Part shown: in pieces, positions 54,101-64,000 of the stretch
How the letters are laid out: every line of letters starts with the position of its first letter
Position numbering within the stretch: the first letter of the stretch is position 1
DNA from: Tubiluchus corallicola
Lineage: Eukaryota > Animalia > Priapulida
Direction of reading: 5' to 3'
Assembly: GCA_030141605.1 (NCBI GenBank)
Contig: JAQGDQ010000379.1
Location: forward strand, 1-64,000
Length of the DNA: 64,000 nt
Made by a program: the position numbers and the translations under genes
Notes under the pieces: generated by a model
What the model saw: the letters and a program-made list of their open reading frames with translations, nothing else
Database searches by the model: none
Told to the model about the DNA's origin: nothing

Positions 54101-57100
54101 ATTACATCTAGTACCTGAATCAAGACATCATGATACGATAGCTTGGCAAAAATAATGGGTAAAGAGAGAGACTAACATGGTAAAACAACAGTTGGTGTTT
54201 TCCTTCAGTATTTTTCTTATATGTTTAATAGTTACAGTTGTAATATAATTGCATTGTTTTACAAAATAGGCAAATTATTATTGCTGTACTACTTTGTACT
54301 AGCTGAAAACATTGATTACAGGTAGGTAAATTTTAATTATGCACATGAAATATCAAGAATTAATGTGCACATTGTTTGCTGTAAAACGGCTAAACAATTT
54401 TTCAAGCAGCTGTCAAATCATAGAAATACTAAAGCTGAAAAAGTTTCAAAACCGCAAACGTAGTTGCTTTATTATCATTTTTAGGCTTCATACAGAAACT
54501 GTTTTTTTTTGCATATTCAATATTGCAAGCTACATGTGGCTAAGCTATATGTAAAAGCACAAAAGCCCTGATGCAACATGCACTATACAAGTAGTGTGTG
54601 TGTTCTTTTCCTGAAGTCATCAATTAGTCAACTTAAAGGTCCATCCACTGACACCCTGGTAGACACTTGCTGTCAAAACTCACTATTGACTAGCATGATA
54701 CAAAAAAGCGGCTTTATTTTTTTATTTGAAGTGTTCCAATGCATTTCGGTTTGATTACCATTGAAACACTTCAAATTTAGTGCTGCACAGACATCTTGCG
54801 AAAAACGAAAAATCCGGGAAGAAAGTGGAAGTGACATCACGTTAGGAACGACACTGCGCATGTGTAACTCTCGCTGTATTTACATGTTGGCAAAATCAAG
54901 TAATGAAAAAACTGGGGTACTCGCATTTTGGTAGTTTAGTGTTAGGCTGAAATAATAGGTTTGTCCAGACTTACTTGAATGCACTATATTTTATAGATGA
55001 AAAAATATTAACAACGAAGTGCAACGTGTAAAAGTTTTAGGGTGACATCCCTGATATTTCGCGGTGGGCTACTTTCTTGTTCATTTTCTGATCACTTCTG
55101 TTTTATAAATGTCTCACTGCCAAGGTATCTTTTGCCCGACGTCCCATTCAGACAATGCTTTTGACAAACAATAATCGCTTTTATGTTTTTCAGCATATAA
55201 AATTGTAAAAATAACAGCGGATTCTTAGGTGCGATCGAAGAGAAAAGAGCTAGACAATAAGGCAGTAATGACAGATGATTTCGTTTCCTAGGCTTTACCG
55301 ACATTTTGAGCCTGTGCAGACTGGGTATACTGTCTGACTTAATGCGAGGTTCAAAAGTAAAAGAAAATGGAAAACGAAGAAGAAATACCTTTCAGACAAT
55401 TTTTAACTCATTAAAATAGCGCTCCCCACATTTTTAGACACTTGGGAAAACCTTTGTGGCACTTTTTCGAATGTGCAAATGAGGTTTCAGAGAAAAAAGC
55501 TTTAAATATTTAAGTAAAAAATATTCTCATAGTCTACAGTTTGAATGCTGATCGACGTGTATATAAGTTTGATGCAGTAGAGCACCTTTATTCTATGTGT
55601 AACTGCCCAAGCTTCATTTTTCACCATCAGCAGGATAGATGGGAATTTCTTTTTGTGGCAAAAGGAAAATATGTTCTATCCTCACTGCTGTCGCGTTTTG
55701 TGCCATTTTTATGTTGAAGTAGCGTGTAAAAAATCAGGAGAAATATTTCAAAATGTGAAGAAAGGGAGGTTGTTATTAAAATCAGGAGTTTCTGTTAAAC
55801 TGGGAGTACTCCACACATCTATTGTTCATACAGCCTACACACAGTTTGAATAATGGTACAGTAACATCATAGTGCTCTGCATACTGTGTTTGTTATTACA
55901 AATTTGCTGTTCCTTACAGGTTTGCAAAATGAAAACTGATTCTTAAGTTTAGTTGCTGTAAATAGATAAATACTATAGTAAGAAACATTTTTATTAATAG
56001 ATAAATCATTATTCAGCAATAACCATTCTGTTCAGTGTTCTGGACAGTGGTCTGCTTGCTGAGGCCACTGGCTGTCTACTGTACTACGGCTGTTAATTGC
56101 CACTTCCTAACATGACGTTGCAGCACTGAGTGTCATGGCGGGCGATATTATTTGTGACAGTACCAACGGCGCTTAATTTAAGTTACCATATCATTTAAAA
56201 AAGCATGCATCAAAACTGTTTTAAAAATTAGGAAATATGTAATTCTGGCTAAGCTTCAAAAGAAAACAACATAAAAAATAGTGTCATAGGACCTTTAAAA
56301 CCTCTTAGTGTTTCAGTGATCAAGGACTTGCTACATTTTCTTGGTGTTAATCTGGTATTTTACAAAGATGTGTACCACCTAAGGGTAAAGATGCTTATGC
56401 AGATGATCTTGTTCTAAGATAATCCAAGACACTGGATTATAAAAAGTCAATGGCCATAACCAATGTATGGAGCATGTCTTTTTCAAGTTCTAATACACTG
56501 TGACACTTAAATATCACCATTATACATTGTTTTCCATTATGGCCTTTTGGCAGTGGCATGCAGTCCTTGCATGCCTTCTAATTTCCAAAAAAATACAATG
56601 TAAAAAGCACTTGTAAGTATTTCTAATAATTAACTATTATTGCTAACATTTATTAACATTTTTCTCATATTGCCAATGTGTGGCTTTGGTACAAGCAATA
56701 CACTGCATCATTAAAGCTGAATTACACTATCCAATCGTAGCCTAGATCTGCGTTAACTACAATAAATACTAGATATTACAATTCTCCCCATTTGGAATTT
56801 TTAATTAAGATTTTAGTAATAACCTTCTCCTGATTTGCCTCCCAACTGCTACCTCAACTTAAGCATAGCATAAAATGCGATTGCAGTGAGATACAACTTC
56901 CCTTTGCAGGAAGTAAAATCGCCCACCAACCCTGCTAGACAATGTAAAAAAATTATCAGGGAATACAGCAAGTAGCACAGGGGTTGTGGTGCACCACTGC
57001 ACTTAATTAGCTGCCCTAATGCAACAGGGCAGATTAAACCAATATTCTGTGATTCACACAACACTTTTGACTTATGAAGCAACTAAATTTAGGAACTTTC

Positions 57101-60100
57101 ACCCAGTTTATGATGAGAAGTTAATTAGCAATATGGCAAGCCCGACAATTTGGCAGAAAACAATTGAGTTTTAATGCATTTATACCAAACCACATTTTAG
57201 ATATGTTACGAATCATGAGTTAAATTTTGATTGAAAGGTTTACGGCAGTCTTTTTTCTCGGGTAACGTATTTGGACAATAGAACAAAAAAACCAAAAAGG
57301 TTTTCCTAAATTTTCTTTGCCAAGTTTCGAGCTTATAGTTTGGCTGTTTTACTCTGCAATTCAATTTTACCAATCAGTCAATTTTATGTGACTTTCAGGC
57401 TTTCTGTGACTAAGTCTGTGAATTTATAAGAGCAAATTGCTAGGTACAGAATTCAAATTCATCAGCGAGACACTTTATTAATAAGTGAATAGTTTTACAT
57501 TTATAAACATTTTTCTAAGCGGAGAGTGAATAAAAACTGTATTTATTTTAATGCTGACGCAAAATAAAATGAGCTTATTTAAATGTGTTAATTATTGTTA
57601 TTGGCTCTGTTATGAGACTCCGTGTACCAGGACATTTTCTTTCTCTGTGTGTAGACCACTTTTAGTAGATAAGTGAACTTAGTTTAAAGATTGCTTATCT
57701 GTCTCAAATGATGTAAAGAAACTATTATTATTATTATTATTATTTTGCAGTAATTGCCAAGTGCTGCAGAAATGTCATTCATTTGAATGAATGAGCTACA
57801 CCAAATTTTACACAAGGTTGGCCAACAGTCATTTATCTTTGCTAGGTTATTTCTAGTTTTCTATAACAAAATAATACTGCATCAATAATGTTTTATCTGT
57901 ATCCGCAATTGTTGTTTTGATAAATTAAAGGTTTTCAAGTGGTTAAAACTTGGCTGTACAATACCTTCTCAAGTATTTTAGGTAAGCCCTGGACAACAGA
58001 AATGGAATGAGGCCTACAATTTGTTGGTTCATCCATAGGGCCACTGAATTTCAAATAGCTACAATCTTTCTCTATGTTAGCTACAAAACTAATGGATAAA
58101 TTTGGCTAAAATGGACTTAAGTACATTTTCATGTTTGAGGAAGTCTGTGTACCAGAAGTCTGTGTATCTCATATGAGGCCTGCAAAATACCCATAAATAC
58201 AGGTTAATGCGTTGGTAAATGCTTAGAGCTCTCACCCAGACCACCTAGCTGACTGCATGCGTTGTTCCACGACCCACTGCCTTTTGGTAACTTTTGTTCA
58301 CCATCGTAACAACATAAAATTTTTGAGGTTAACACCGTCTTTTAGTGTTGTGTTTATTCTTAAATTTAAATAAACTTTACTGCAGTAATGTTAAATGTTA
58401 CATAGAACTGAAACTTAGACAATTAAAGTTTTTCTTTGAGATGAGACAATCAATTGACAAATATATCTTAACACATCAATCGGATGTTTTCACTCAACAA
58501 TCACCCCTCTATTTACCAACAATGCTTGGCACTGCTATACTTTCATAACCAACCCTTTTCAAAATACAATGAGCTTTTACATTTATCTCTTTGGAAGGTT
58601 TCTTGTATAGGTGAGCTTGACCGTATCCACCTAATGTATGATGCACGACCTTGACTTATTACCCTGTAGTGATATACTTTTTATGAGGGATCTCTCATAA
58701 CCATGGGAGATTTCGTTCAAATTGAAATAACAGTTCCTAAACCATTTCAACTGTTGTCAACAGTAAAGCTAGAACAAAAACAAATGCTAGTGTGCATACA
58801 ATGTAGCCATATAATTGCAAACTCATAAGAATTATGTGTGACAAAGTGAGCTAATATAATCACCATACCCTATCAGATGGCTGAGTTGTCGTTAGGATAG
58901 GCTCTACTTGTGATGTTACTGTTGCTGGGACAGCATTCTCTTTGTTAGCCTCCTCTTTTTCTTTTTCTCCATCACACTATGTGTTAGTAAAACACTTGAT
59001 ATTAGTCAGCATTGTGGTGTAAGGTGTTATAGCTAATCGCATGTGTGCAAAACAAGTGTTAAATTTACCAAATAATGTTTTCAAAAATTTGTAAATATTA
59101 ACAAAATTGATACAGCAATTGAAAATCTAACTTTCTTTCATTAATAGCAATACACGTTGCTTGTTAGTGAAAGCAACTACAAAGCCAAACTCAACTACAT
59201 ATAATATTATAAAACTATTAAGTTAGGAAAAGAAAAAGAAAATCGTACCACAGTGTGCAAGCTCTGCACAACAAATCGTACGGGCGTCTTGGCATTCCTT
59301 ATGACATCTACAGCTCTGTCATGAGTTGCATCACGAAGATCCACACCATCTACCTAAAATAACATCAAAGAGTGTAGTACTGAATTGAAGTCAAACAACA
59401 AACATTCGAGATATCTTCGAAGCCTACTCAAACACATTTTAACGTTTATATATACTTCCATTAACAAGCACACAAATCTTTTCACAGTTCCAACAAATGA
59501 TGATGACCAAAAGGTCAACGGTTAAGTAAACCAGACATTTTTGTGTACACTTGACAACAGCTCGCAGCCCCTACCTATTGTAATACTAACACTTTTAACA
59601 GCTAGCTAGAACCTTCCCATCTTCATTTTTTCTTGTTCCCAAGCAAGATCCTGTTAGTAAATCACTCTAGACATATATTAATGCTTAATTAAGTAAAGTC
59701 CATGTAAAGCAACTGAAGTTATTGAACTGATGTGACAGACTGCTTTGCTTTACTTACATGTTACGTGATGATCGTAGTTAGGATGTGTTACTGGGGTTCA
59801 CTTAACCTTTGACCTACTGTTACTGCATGAGCGCATGAAACTGTCAAAAGGCTTATTATGCGCCACGCCACGACTAAGATATTATTACCAAAAATCGACT
59901 TAACACGAAATTTAATTGCCTAAATTGTTTAACTCTGCATCTAATAATGCAGACTAATTCCACTTTCATTAAAGAAAGTATGAAGCAGATGACTTTGTGT
60001 GATTTTTGTTATATATAAACAGGTGAACTTACTTCTAGTATCCGGTCTCCGGTTTTTAACGTCCCATTTCGTCCTGCAGGACTGTTGGGAAGTACATTTT

Positions 60101-60951
60101 TTATAAATATCCCTGATATGACGTTATCAGCAGCACCCTCAACTTTTCCACCTACGATACTGATACCCAAGCTTTTATTTGGCTCCCTCTCTAGATCAAC
60201 TATACGAACTGGTCCCCATTGTCTGAACGACATCTCAGCTGCTACACGATGTAAATAAAATAAATAAGAATCATGCAGAATACACGTAAAAAGTCACTGA
60301 AAGAATTGTTATTAAATTTTTGCTTAAATTATAAAAGCAACAAAAACAATATCTCAAAGATTTAATATATGGCTGCAGTGTCACAAGACCAATACAAGGA
60401 ATACGTGAAAGGATGCTAAGAAGGGCAAAATGCCATGGCAGCAGTTGTGGAAAACAGAATCATCTCGGCTACAGCACCTGCTTGGGTTAGTATATCAACT
60501 GCTGGCTAAACTCTTTGGGTAAAGGAAAGAAAAGTAGAACTTTCTTTTTCCAGTTGACAGTAATCTTGACAAATGAATATTTGTTTAGGTATAACTACAT
60601 TAGAACGATCAGATATATGCAACACATTCTGACTTATAAACATCCTTACGAAAAATATGTTTGCCTTTTATCTGACAAATCAAAAAGTTCAAATATAGTT
60701 CAACTAAAGCAATATCAAATTAATATTTAAAAAGATACGTAATGTTGCCCTCTAGGATTGTTGAACTATTGACAAGTATGGCTTAAATTTTGTCTTTACA
60801 TACTATTAATGTTATTTTAATCCACAACTTTGTATCTTTAATCTTGTTTATTCAAAATACAACTTTAAGCTCACATTACAATTACAAATATAAAGTGAGC
60901 TTCTTTTTATGGTTGTTGTTTTTGTTCTTTTCTTCTTATTATCATTATTAC

Positions 60952-61019
<68 letters not shown>

Positions 61020-64000
61020 TGATACTTAATTTACCTGCTGATTGGGAAGGCTTTTCTGATGGTGCAATGACCATTAAGTTATCTCCACGAGTCTTTATAA
61101 CAGGAACATTGATATCAGAGTCAGCAGACTGATCAGAGCGAAGCGAGTCAGACTTGCCAACTAAGTTCTTTGGATTCTTCGGTTTAATGTATGGAGAACT
61201 GAAAGACAAATTCAAAATCAGCTTAAGAGACAGGACGAATACATTTAAAGTACGGTGTCATTAAAATAAAATTATTATTATTACAGTTGTACTGAGAGAA
61301 ACAATAATTGTAGGGTATTGTGCTGCAGCGCCATCTATCAACACATTTAAAATTCAAAATTTACGTATTTCTGCAATGTAGTGGAAAGAAACAGTTACAA
61401 AGAAAAATAAGTATCACTGACTAGCCAAACCAAGTTATCACCCATAAAATAGTTGATCTAAAAAAGAATGTCAAATTTACACTGTTGACAAATCATTTTA
61501 ATTTCACCCAGAAAAGCAACAAATTGAAGCAAAGTAATCAAAGAGTTTTAAGTCACAAAAAACCTCAGAGCAACCACCAAATATTTTTTAAACAGAGATG
61601 CAGTCTCTTGCATTCATCACAACTCCAGATATTAAAAACAAAATTTAAAAAAAACAAAGAAATAAACGAAAATTCGTTGCTCTATTATATAACAGCATGA
61701 TAAGCAGAGATGCAAATTAATACAAAAATATATCAATGTACATACAGAATGAACATATTAATGGCTTCTATTTGCAGAGTGGCTATTACAGGAAAGAGGT
61801 ATTAGTTAAACAATAAAACATGCACTGCACAAATTTATCAAGCAATCTTCAATAAAACCTTAAAAAATGGGAAACAAAAACCATGCGTTTTAAATTTATG
61901 CAATTGTTCACTTATTAATAAGTCGCACAAATAACAAAATGGATGTGAAATGTTCAACATGCACCTACTCTGCTAACACGTAAGTGCCACTTTCAAATAA
62001 TAATGATAAAAATCATGCATAAACAAATTTGAACAAATAAGTGTAATAGCCAACTAGCACCTACCGGTAATACTTTGGAAAGATCCTGGCCGCAAGAAAA
62101 GAAAAAAAGAAATGCACAATCATCATTACAGCAAATAATTGCTTACCATTCAGAAAGGAAGAGAAGAAAGTCAAAACAGTAAAGCAAAGGAATTCATTAA
62201 TAAAGGCAAAGAAATATTACGTTAAAGAAGTTTAATAAGAATAAGATGTAAAATTCACATTAAGTTCATAACAATTTAAAGCCAATCTACAGCATTTAGA
62301 TCTAAAATGGCAGCCAACACACAAAAAGTTTATCTTACTGCACATACAATAAAGTTTACATTACTGATGTGTAATAAGGTCCACCTTACCACATATGCAA
62401 CAAAAATATGGCATTTATCTACAAGCACACCAAACAACTATCGTTTGACAATAATTGGTCTGGTCATTGCACACAAGATTAGTATCTAAAGTGAATGCCA
62501 AGAGGCATTTGTGACTGGCAGCAGTCACCAAGTTCTTGGACAGATTGACAAGTTTTACTTCAATAAAATCATGCTTATTGTACACACTTATATATTTATT
62601 TCATACTAAGATGTGCATATCAGCTATTTACAGTGATAAATTATATTTTTTCAGATTCACAAAATGTTGCTAAACTCACTTTCATAAAATTCTGTAAGAA
62701 ACACCACATGAAACCTTTGAAGACTTCGAACCAGTTTTATTGCACTCAAATTTTCATTTTCGATTGTTCCAACCCAGAAAGTGTGCATCAAATTAATTTG
62801 GAAACTGAACAGAGTCAATTAAATTGATTGAGATCAAAATCGCAGCTCATTGCTGCTTGCCACTGGAAGTTTGGGATATCAAACACTTTCTCCAACAGGC
62901 ACCATTTAAGTGCTAGTAACAATGCCACTGTACACTGCTATATTTTACGCAAAACTGTCAAACAACCACAAATGTGTAGCCATAATCTTAATAACATGAC
63001 AACGATGACAAAATCAATTTTGTACCAATTCATTAAAATGAATTTGATTAATAATTTTACTGGATTAGTGGACTGAATGACAGTTTTGAATTTGATTTTT
63101 ACTATACAGCAAAAAGGTTACTCAAGGAGTCAGTGCACACAGTCCCTCTGCAAGTTCACAAGCATGCAGGAATTTTCCTAATGAAATAGAACAATCTAGC
63201 ATTCTGATTTATGTCTGTTAATTTAGACAGAATAACTGACTGACTATTTGTATTTTTCGACTGCACATTCAGCGCTAGCAACACTGATGCTGCACAGCAC
63301 CATATACATCATAAAGAATGATTTCCAAAAAAAATTCTCATTTCTTGTATTAAGTCCAAGCACAATTTACACAAAAAACTCTTGGTAAATACGTTCAGCA
63401 ACATACTCGCTGGTGATAACAGAGCATATACTTACTTTGGTGAGGTTTGTATAGGTGGAGTTGGGGGTGGTCCCGATTTCATGGCGAGCAAGGCAGACTC
63501 ACGATGCACTTGAGCGTCCATGGCAGGAATGTAATGAATACTGTGCAATAAAGAAATTCTTTCAAAAACTTTTCAGCAAAAGAATGGATGCTATTTGTTT
63601 GAAACTGACAACCACAAGTGTAAGCAACACTTTAAATAAGCTAGCAAAGCATCTTAGTAAAATGTGTTTATATGTAAAACTCGAGTAATAATCGTAGTAA
63701 TAATTTGGGCAATATGTTTCTAAAAATTTATGTATGGTTAATTACAAAACGTACTCACTCCATATATAATTAGCAAGAAAACAAATGAATGACTTAAGAT
63801 TTCTTTATTATTTTATCACAATAAACATTTTAGATTAGAAAATTTAAACTGACATACTTTATATCTGTGCCTAGTAGCGATGCTCGGCGTAGAATAGCCC
63901 GGGCTTGCGAGTTAGTGATCTTACGCATAGATTCATTGTTTATCGTGACAATGAAATCACCAACTTCAATGTGACCATCTTTAGCAATCGCACCAGATTT
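23811..64000 (-). CDS. MPDZ: Multiple PDZ domain protein (MPDZ/MUPP1-PATJ family), 3' part: 22 exons, about 1015 aa, 5' end outside the window
   Basis: Exons in transcription order: 63858..64000, 63436..63540, 62065..62085, 61035..61198, 60033..60241, 59249..59353, 58869..58976, 53824..54114, 52030..52105, 34769..34965, 33958..34052, 32575..32641, 32334..32420, 31799..31972, 31499..31613, 29863..30017, 29040..29123, 28640..28864, 26884..27000, 26601..26757, 25765..25804, 23811..24123 = 3048 nt with consistent phases. PDZ signatures [86 protein letters not shown], and the EDQFGYTW linker. Confidence 0.93.
25765..25804 (-). CDS. MPDZ: MPDZ-like 40-nt exon
   Basis: tctctag| [14 protein letters not shown] |gtaagc. 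Bridges phase 1 to phase 2. Confidence 0.85.
26601..26757 (-). CDS. MPDZ: MPDZ-like exon
   Basis: [52 protein letters not shown]. Confidence 0.93.
26884..27000 (-). CDS. MPDZ: MPDZ-like exon (PDZ11)
   Basis: [39 protein letters not shown]. Confidence 0.96.
28640..28864 (-). CDS. MPDZ: MPDZ-like exon (PDZ10 end/PDZ11 start)
   Basis: [33 protein letters not shown]...[22 protein letters not shown]. Confidence 0.96.
29040..29123 (-). CDS. MPDZ: MPDZ-like exon (PDZ10)
   Basis: [28 protein letters not shown]. Confidence 0.96.
29863..30017 (-). CDS. MPDZ: MPDZ-like exon (PDZ10 start)
   Basis: [36 protein letters not shown]. Confidence 0.95.
31499..31613 (-). CDS. MPDZ: MPDZ-like exon
   Basis: [38 protein letters not shown]. 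Confidence 0.92.
31799..31972 (-). CDS. MPDZ: MPDZ-like exon (PDZ9)
   Basis: [58 protein letters not shown]. Confidence 0.93.
32334..32420 (-). CDS. MPDZ: MPDZ-like exon
   Basis: [29 protein letters not shown]. Confidence 0.88.
32575..32641 (-). CDS. MPDZ: MPDZ-like exon
   Basis: [22 protein letters not shown]. Confidence 0.88.
33098..33532. repeat. Minisatellite, 6 units alternating 72/73 bp (145-bp higher-order dimer)
   Basis: Unit ctgtagagtagYaggtaacttgtgcataaactggatcaattaagagtgtggctgtgtgctYaacctgcacc(a)t starting at 33098, 33170, 33243, 33315, 33388, 33460. Confidence 0.95.
33958..34052 (-). CDS. MPDZ: MPDZ-like exon (PDZ8 C-half)
   Basis: [31 protein letters not shown]. Confidence 0.95.
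34769..34965 (-). CDS. MPDZ: MPDZ-like exon (PDZ8 N-half)
   Basis: [65 protein letters not shown]. Confidence 0.95.
36563..37254. mobile_element. Degenerate hAT-like MITE
   Basis: Ends catgggtgtacgcgagg / cctcccatacgcctata with imperfect 8-bp TSD cacacaga/cacatagg. Confidence 0.5.
38050..38410. repeat. Local imperfect tandem duplication (unit about 160-200 bp)
   Basis: gcacttgcctgatcggacacactaaccaaat occurs twice (about 38143 and 38340). caagYaagcatgcaa...ccaagcaga..ggataYacaac also occurs twice. Confidence 0.75.
39050..39271. promoter_or_regulatory. Pair of consensus RFX X-box motifs
   Basis: GTTACCATGGAAAC (39050-39063) and GTTTCCATGGTAAC (39258-39271) both match GTTNCCATGGNAAC. Confidence 0.55.
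41850..43690. repeat. 54-bp minisatellite, about 34 copies
   Basis: Unit cagctaggtgctacataagacataagtatgaatagtagtgattagaagactgat with point variants. One shortened unit near 43355. Confidence 0.97.
46640..47080. repeat. Degenerate (ACTG/ACCA)-rich low-complexity repeat with an internal duplication of about 90 bp
   Basis: atctgaaaaa..gactYaatgtta..agtgacatRttgactga..ccaacc twice, plus many actga/actaac motifs. Confidence 0.5.
52030..52105 (-). CDS. MPDZ: MPDZ-like exon
   Basis: [25 protein letters not shown] |gtaagt. Confidence 0.93.
52395..53443. mobile_element. Highly degenerate hAT-like MITE family A, copy 4, split by a Helitron
   Basis: tagagttaagcatc..ttcaaattcgaattcaattc at the left end, gattcaattcggatttg..gtgttcactccta at the right end. 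Confidence 0.5.
52489..53227 (-). mobile_element. Non-autonomous Helitron (739 bp)
   Basis: Minus strand starts TC (TCTTAATATATATA) and ends CTAG. Hairpin CGCAAAA-nn-TTTTGCG (52502-52517) about 10 nt before the CTAG. Inserted between A and T with no TSD. Body is much more GC-rich than the flanks. Confidence 0.85.
53824..54114 (-). CDS. MPDZ: MPDZ-like Ser/Pro-rich linker exon
   Basis: [10 protein letters not shown]...[20 protein letters not shown]...EKEKDARE |gtattt. Confidence 0.85.
54637..56294. mobile_element. Kolobok-like non-autonomous DNA transposon (about 1.66 kb)
   Basis: TTAA|AGGTCCatccacTGACAC ... GTGTCAtaGGACCT|TTAA: TTAA target duplication with AG-starting TIRs. Confidence 0.65.
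58869..58976 (-). CDS. MPDZ: MPDZ-like linker exon
   Basis: [36 protein letters not shown], phase 0-0. Confidence 0.8.
59249..59353 (-). CDS. MPDZ: MPDZ-like exon (PDZ7 C-half)
   Basis: [35 protein letters not shown]. Confidence 0.95.
59500..59852 (+). mobile_element. Dispersed MITE-like repeat family E, copy 2 (MPDZ intron)
   Basis: Matches 19085-19445. Inverted motif aggtcaacggttaagtaaacc / ggttcacttaacctttgacct. Confidence 0.7.
60033..60241 (-). CDS. MPDZ: MPDZ-like exon (PDZ7 N-half)
   Basis: [24 protein letters not shown]...[27 protein letters not shown]. Confidence 0.95.
60938..61016. repeat. (TAT)n microsatellite just downstream of an MPDZ exon donor
   Basis: Long tattattat run that produces the spurious poly-Y/poly-I ORFs. 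Confidence 0.95.
61035..61198 (-). CDS. MPDZ: MPDZ-like exon
   Basis: [54 protein letters not shown]. Confidence 0.88.
62065..62085 (-). CDS. MPDZ: MPDZ-like 21-nt microexon (K-IFPKYY-R)
   Basis: Long pyrimidine tract ...tttcttttcttgcggccag|GATCTTTCCAAAGTATTACCG|gtaggt. Phase 2-2 and frame-preserving. Confidence 0.75.
63436..63540 (-). CDS. MPDZ: MPDZ-like exon
   Basis: [34 protein letters not shown] |gtaagt. Confidence 0.9.
63858..64000 (-). CDS. MPDZ: MPDZ-like exon (partial; PDZ6 C-half)
   Basis: [47 protein letters not shown] |gtatgt. Confidence 0.93.

Noticed and set aside
60790-61029. Poly-Tyr ORF and poly-Ile extension
   Set aside because: Artefacts of the (TAT)n tract. The real exon ends at the 61035 donor.
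62140-62185. Second microexon next to the 21-nt one (pyrimidine tract plus gtaagc donor)
   Set aside because: No AG acceptor between the tract and the donor.

Overview
AT-rich metazoan (invertebrate-like) genomic DNA with spliced genes and no prokaryotic systems or CRISPR arrays. By manual splice and phase reconstruction it holds four genes. (1) The probable last exon of an unidentified + strand gene (880-996). (2) A complete 6-exon TM2D1 (- strand, 2340-7596, 180 aa) whose first intron is a U12-type AT-AC intron. (3) A complete 10-exon FTSJ1/TRM7 tRNA 2'-O-methyltransferase (+ strand, 14895-21396, 319 aa), head-to-head with TM2D1. (4) The 3' 22 exons (about 1015 aa, 7 PDZ domains) of an MPDZ/MUPP1-PATJ gene (- strand, 23811 to beyond 64000). 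The MPDZ-like gene has a 21-nt microexon, apparently lacks the PDZ12 equivalent, and has a 17-kb intron containing two perfect RFX X-boxes next to candidate internal first exons. Non-coding space is rich in non-autonomous transposons (nested hAT-like MITEs, a foldback-like element, a Helitron, Kolobok-, Tigger- and Harbinger-like MITEs, CR1/L2 fragments), two minisatellites (54 bp x about 34; 72/73 bp x 6) and microsatellites. I found no convincing wholly new biological system. The best leads are the minor intron, the microexon, the candidate RFX-driven internal promoter and the nested palindromic elements.
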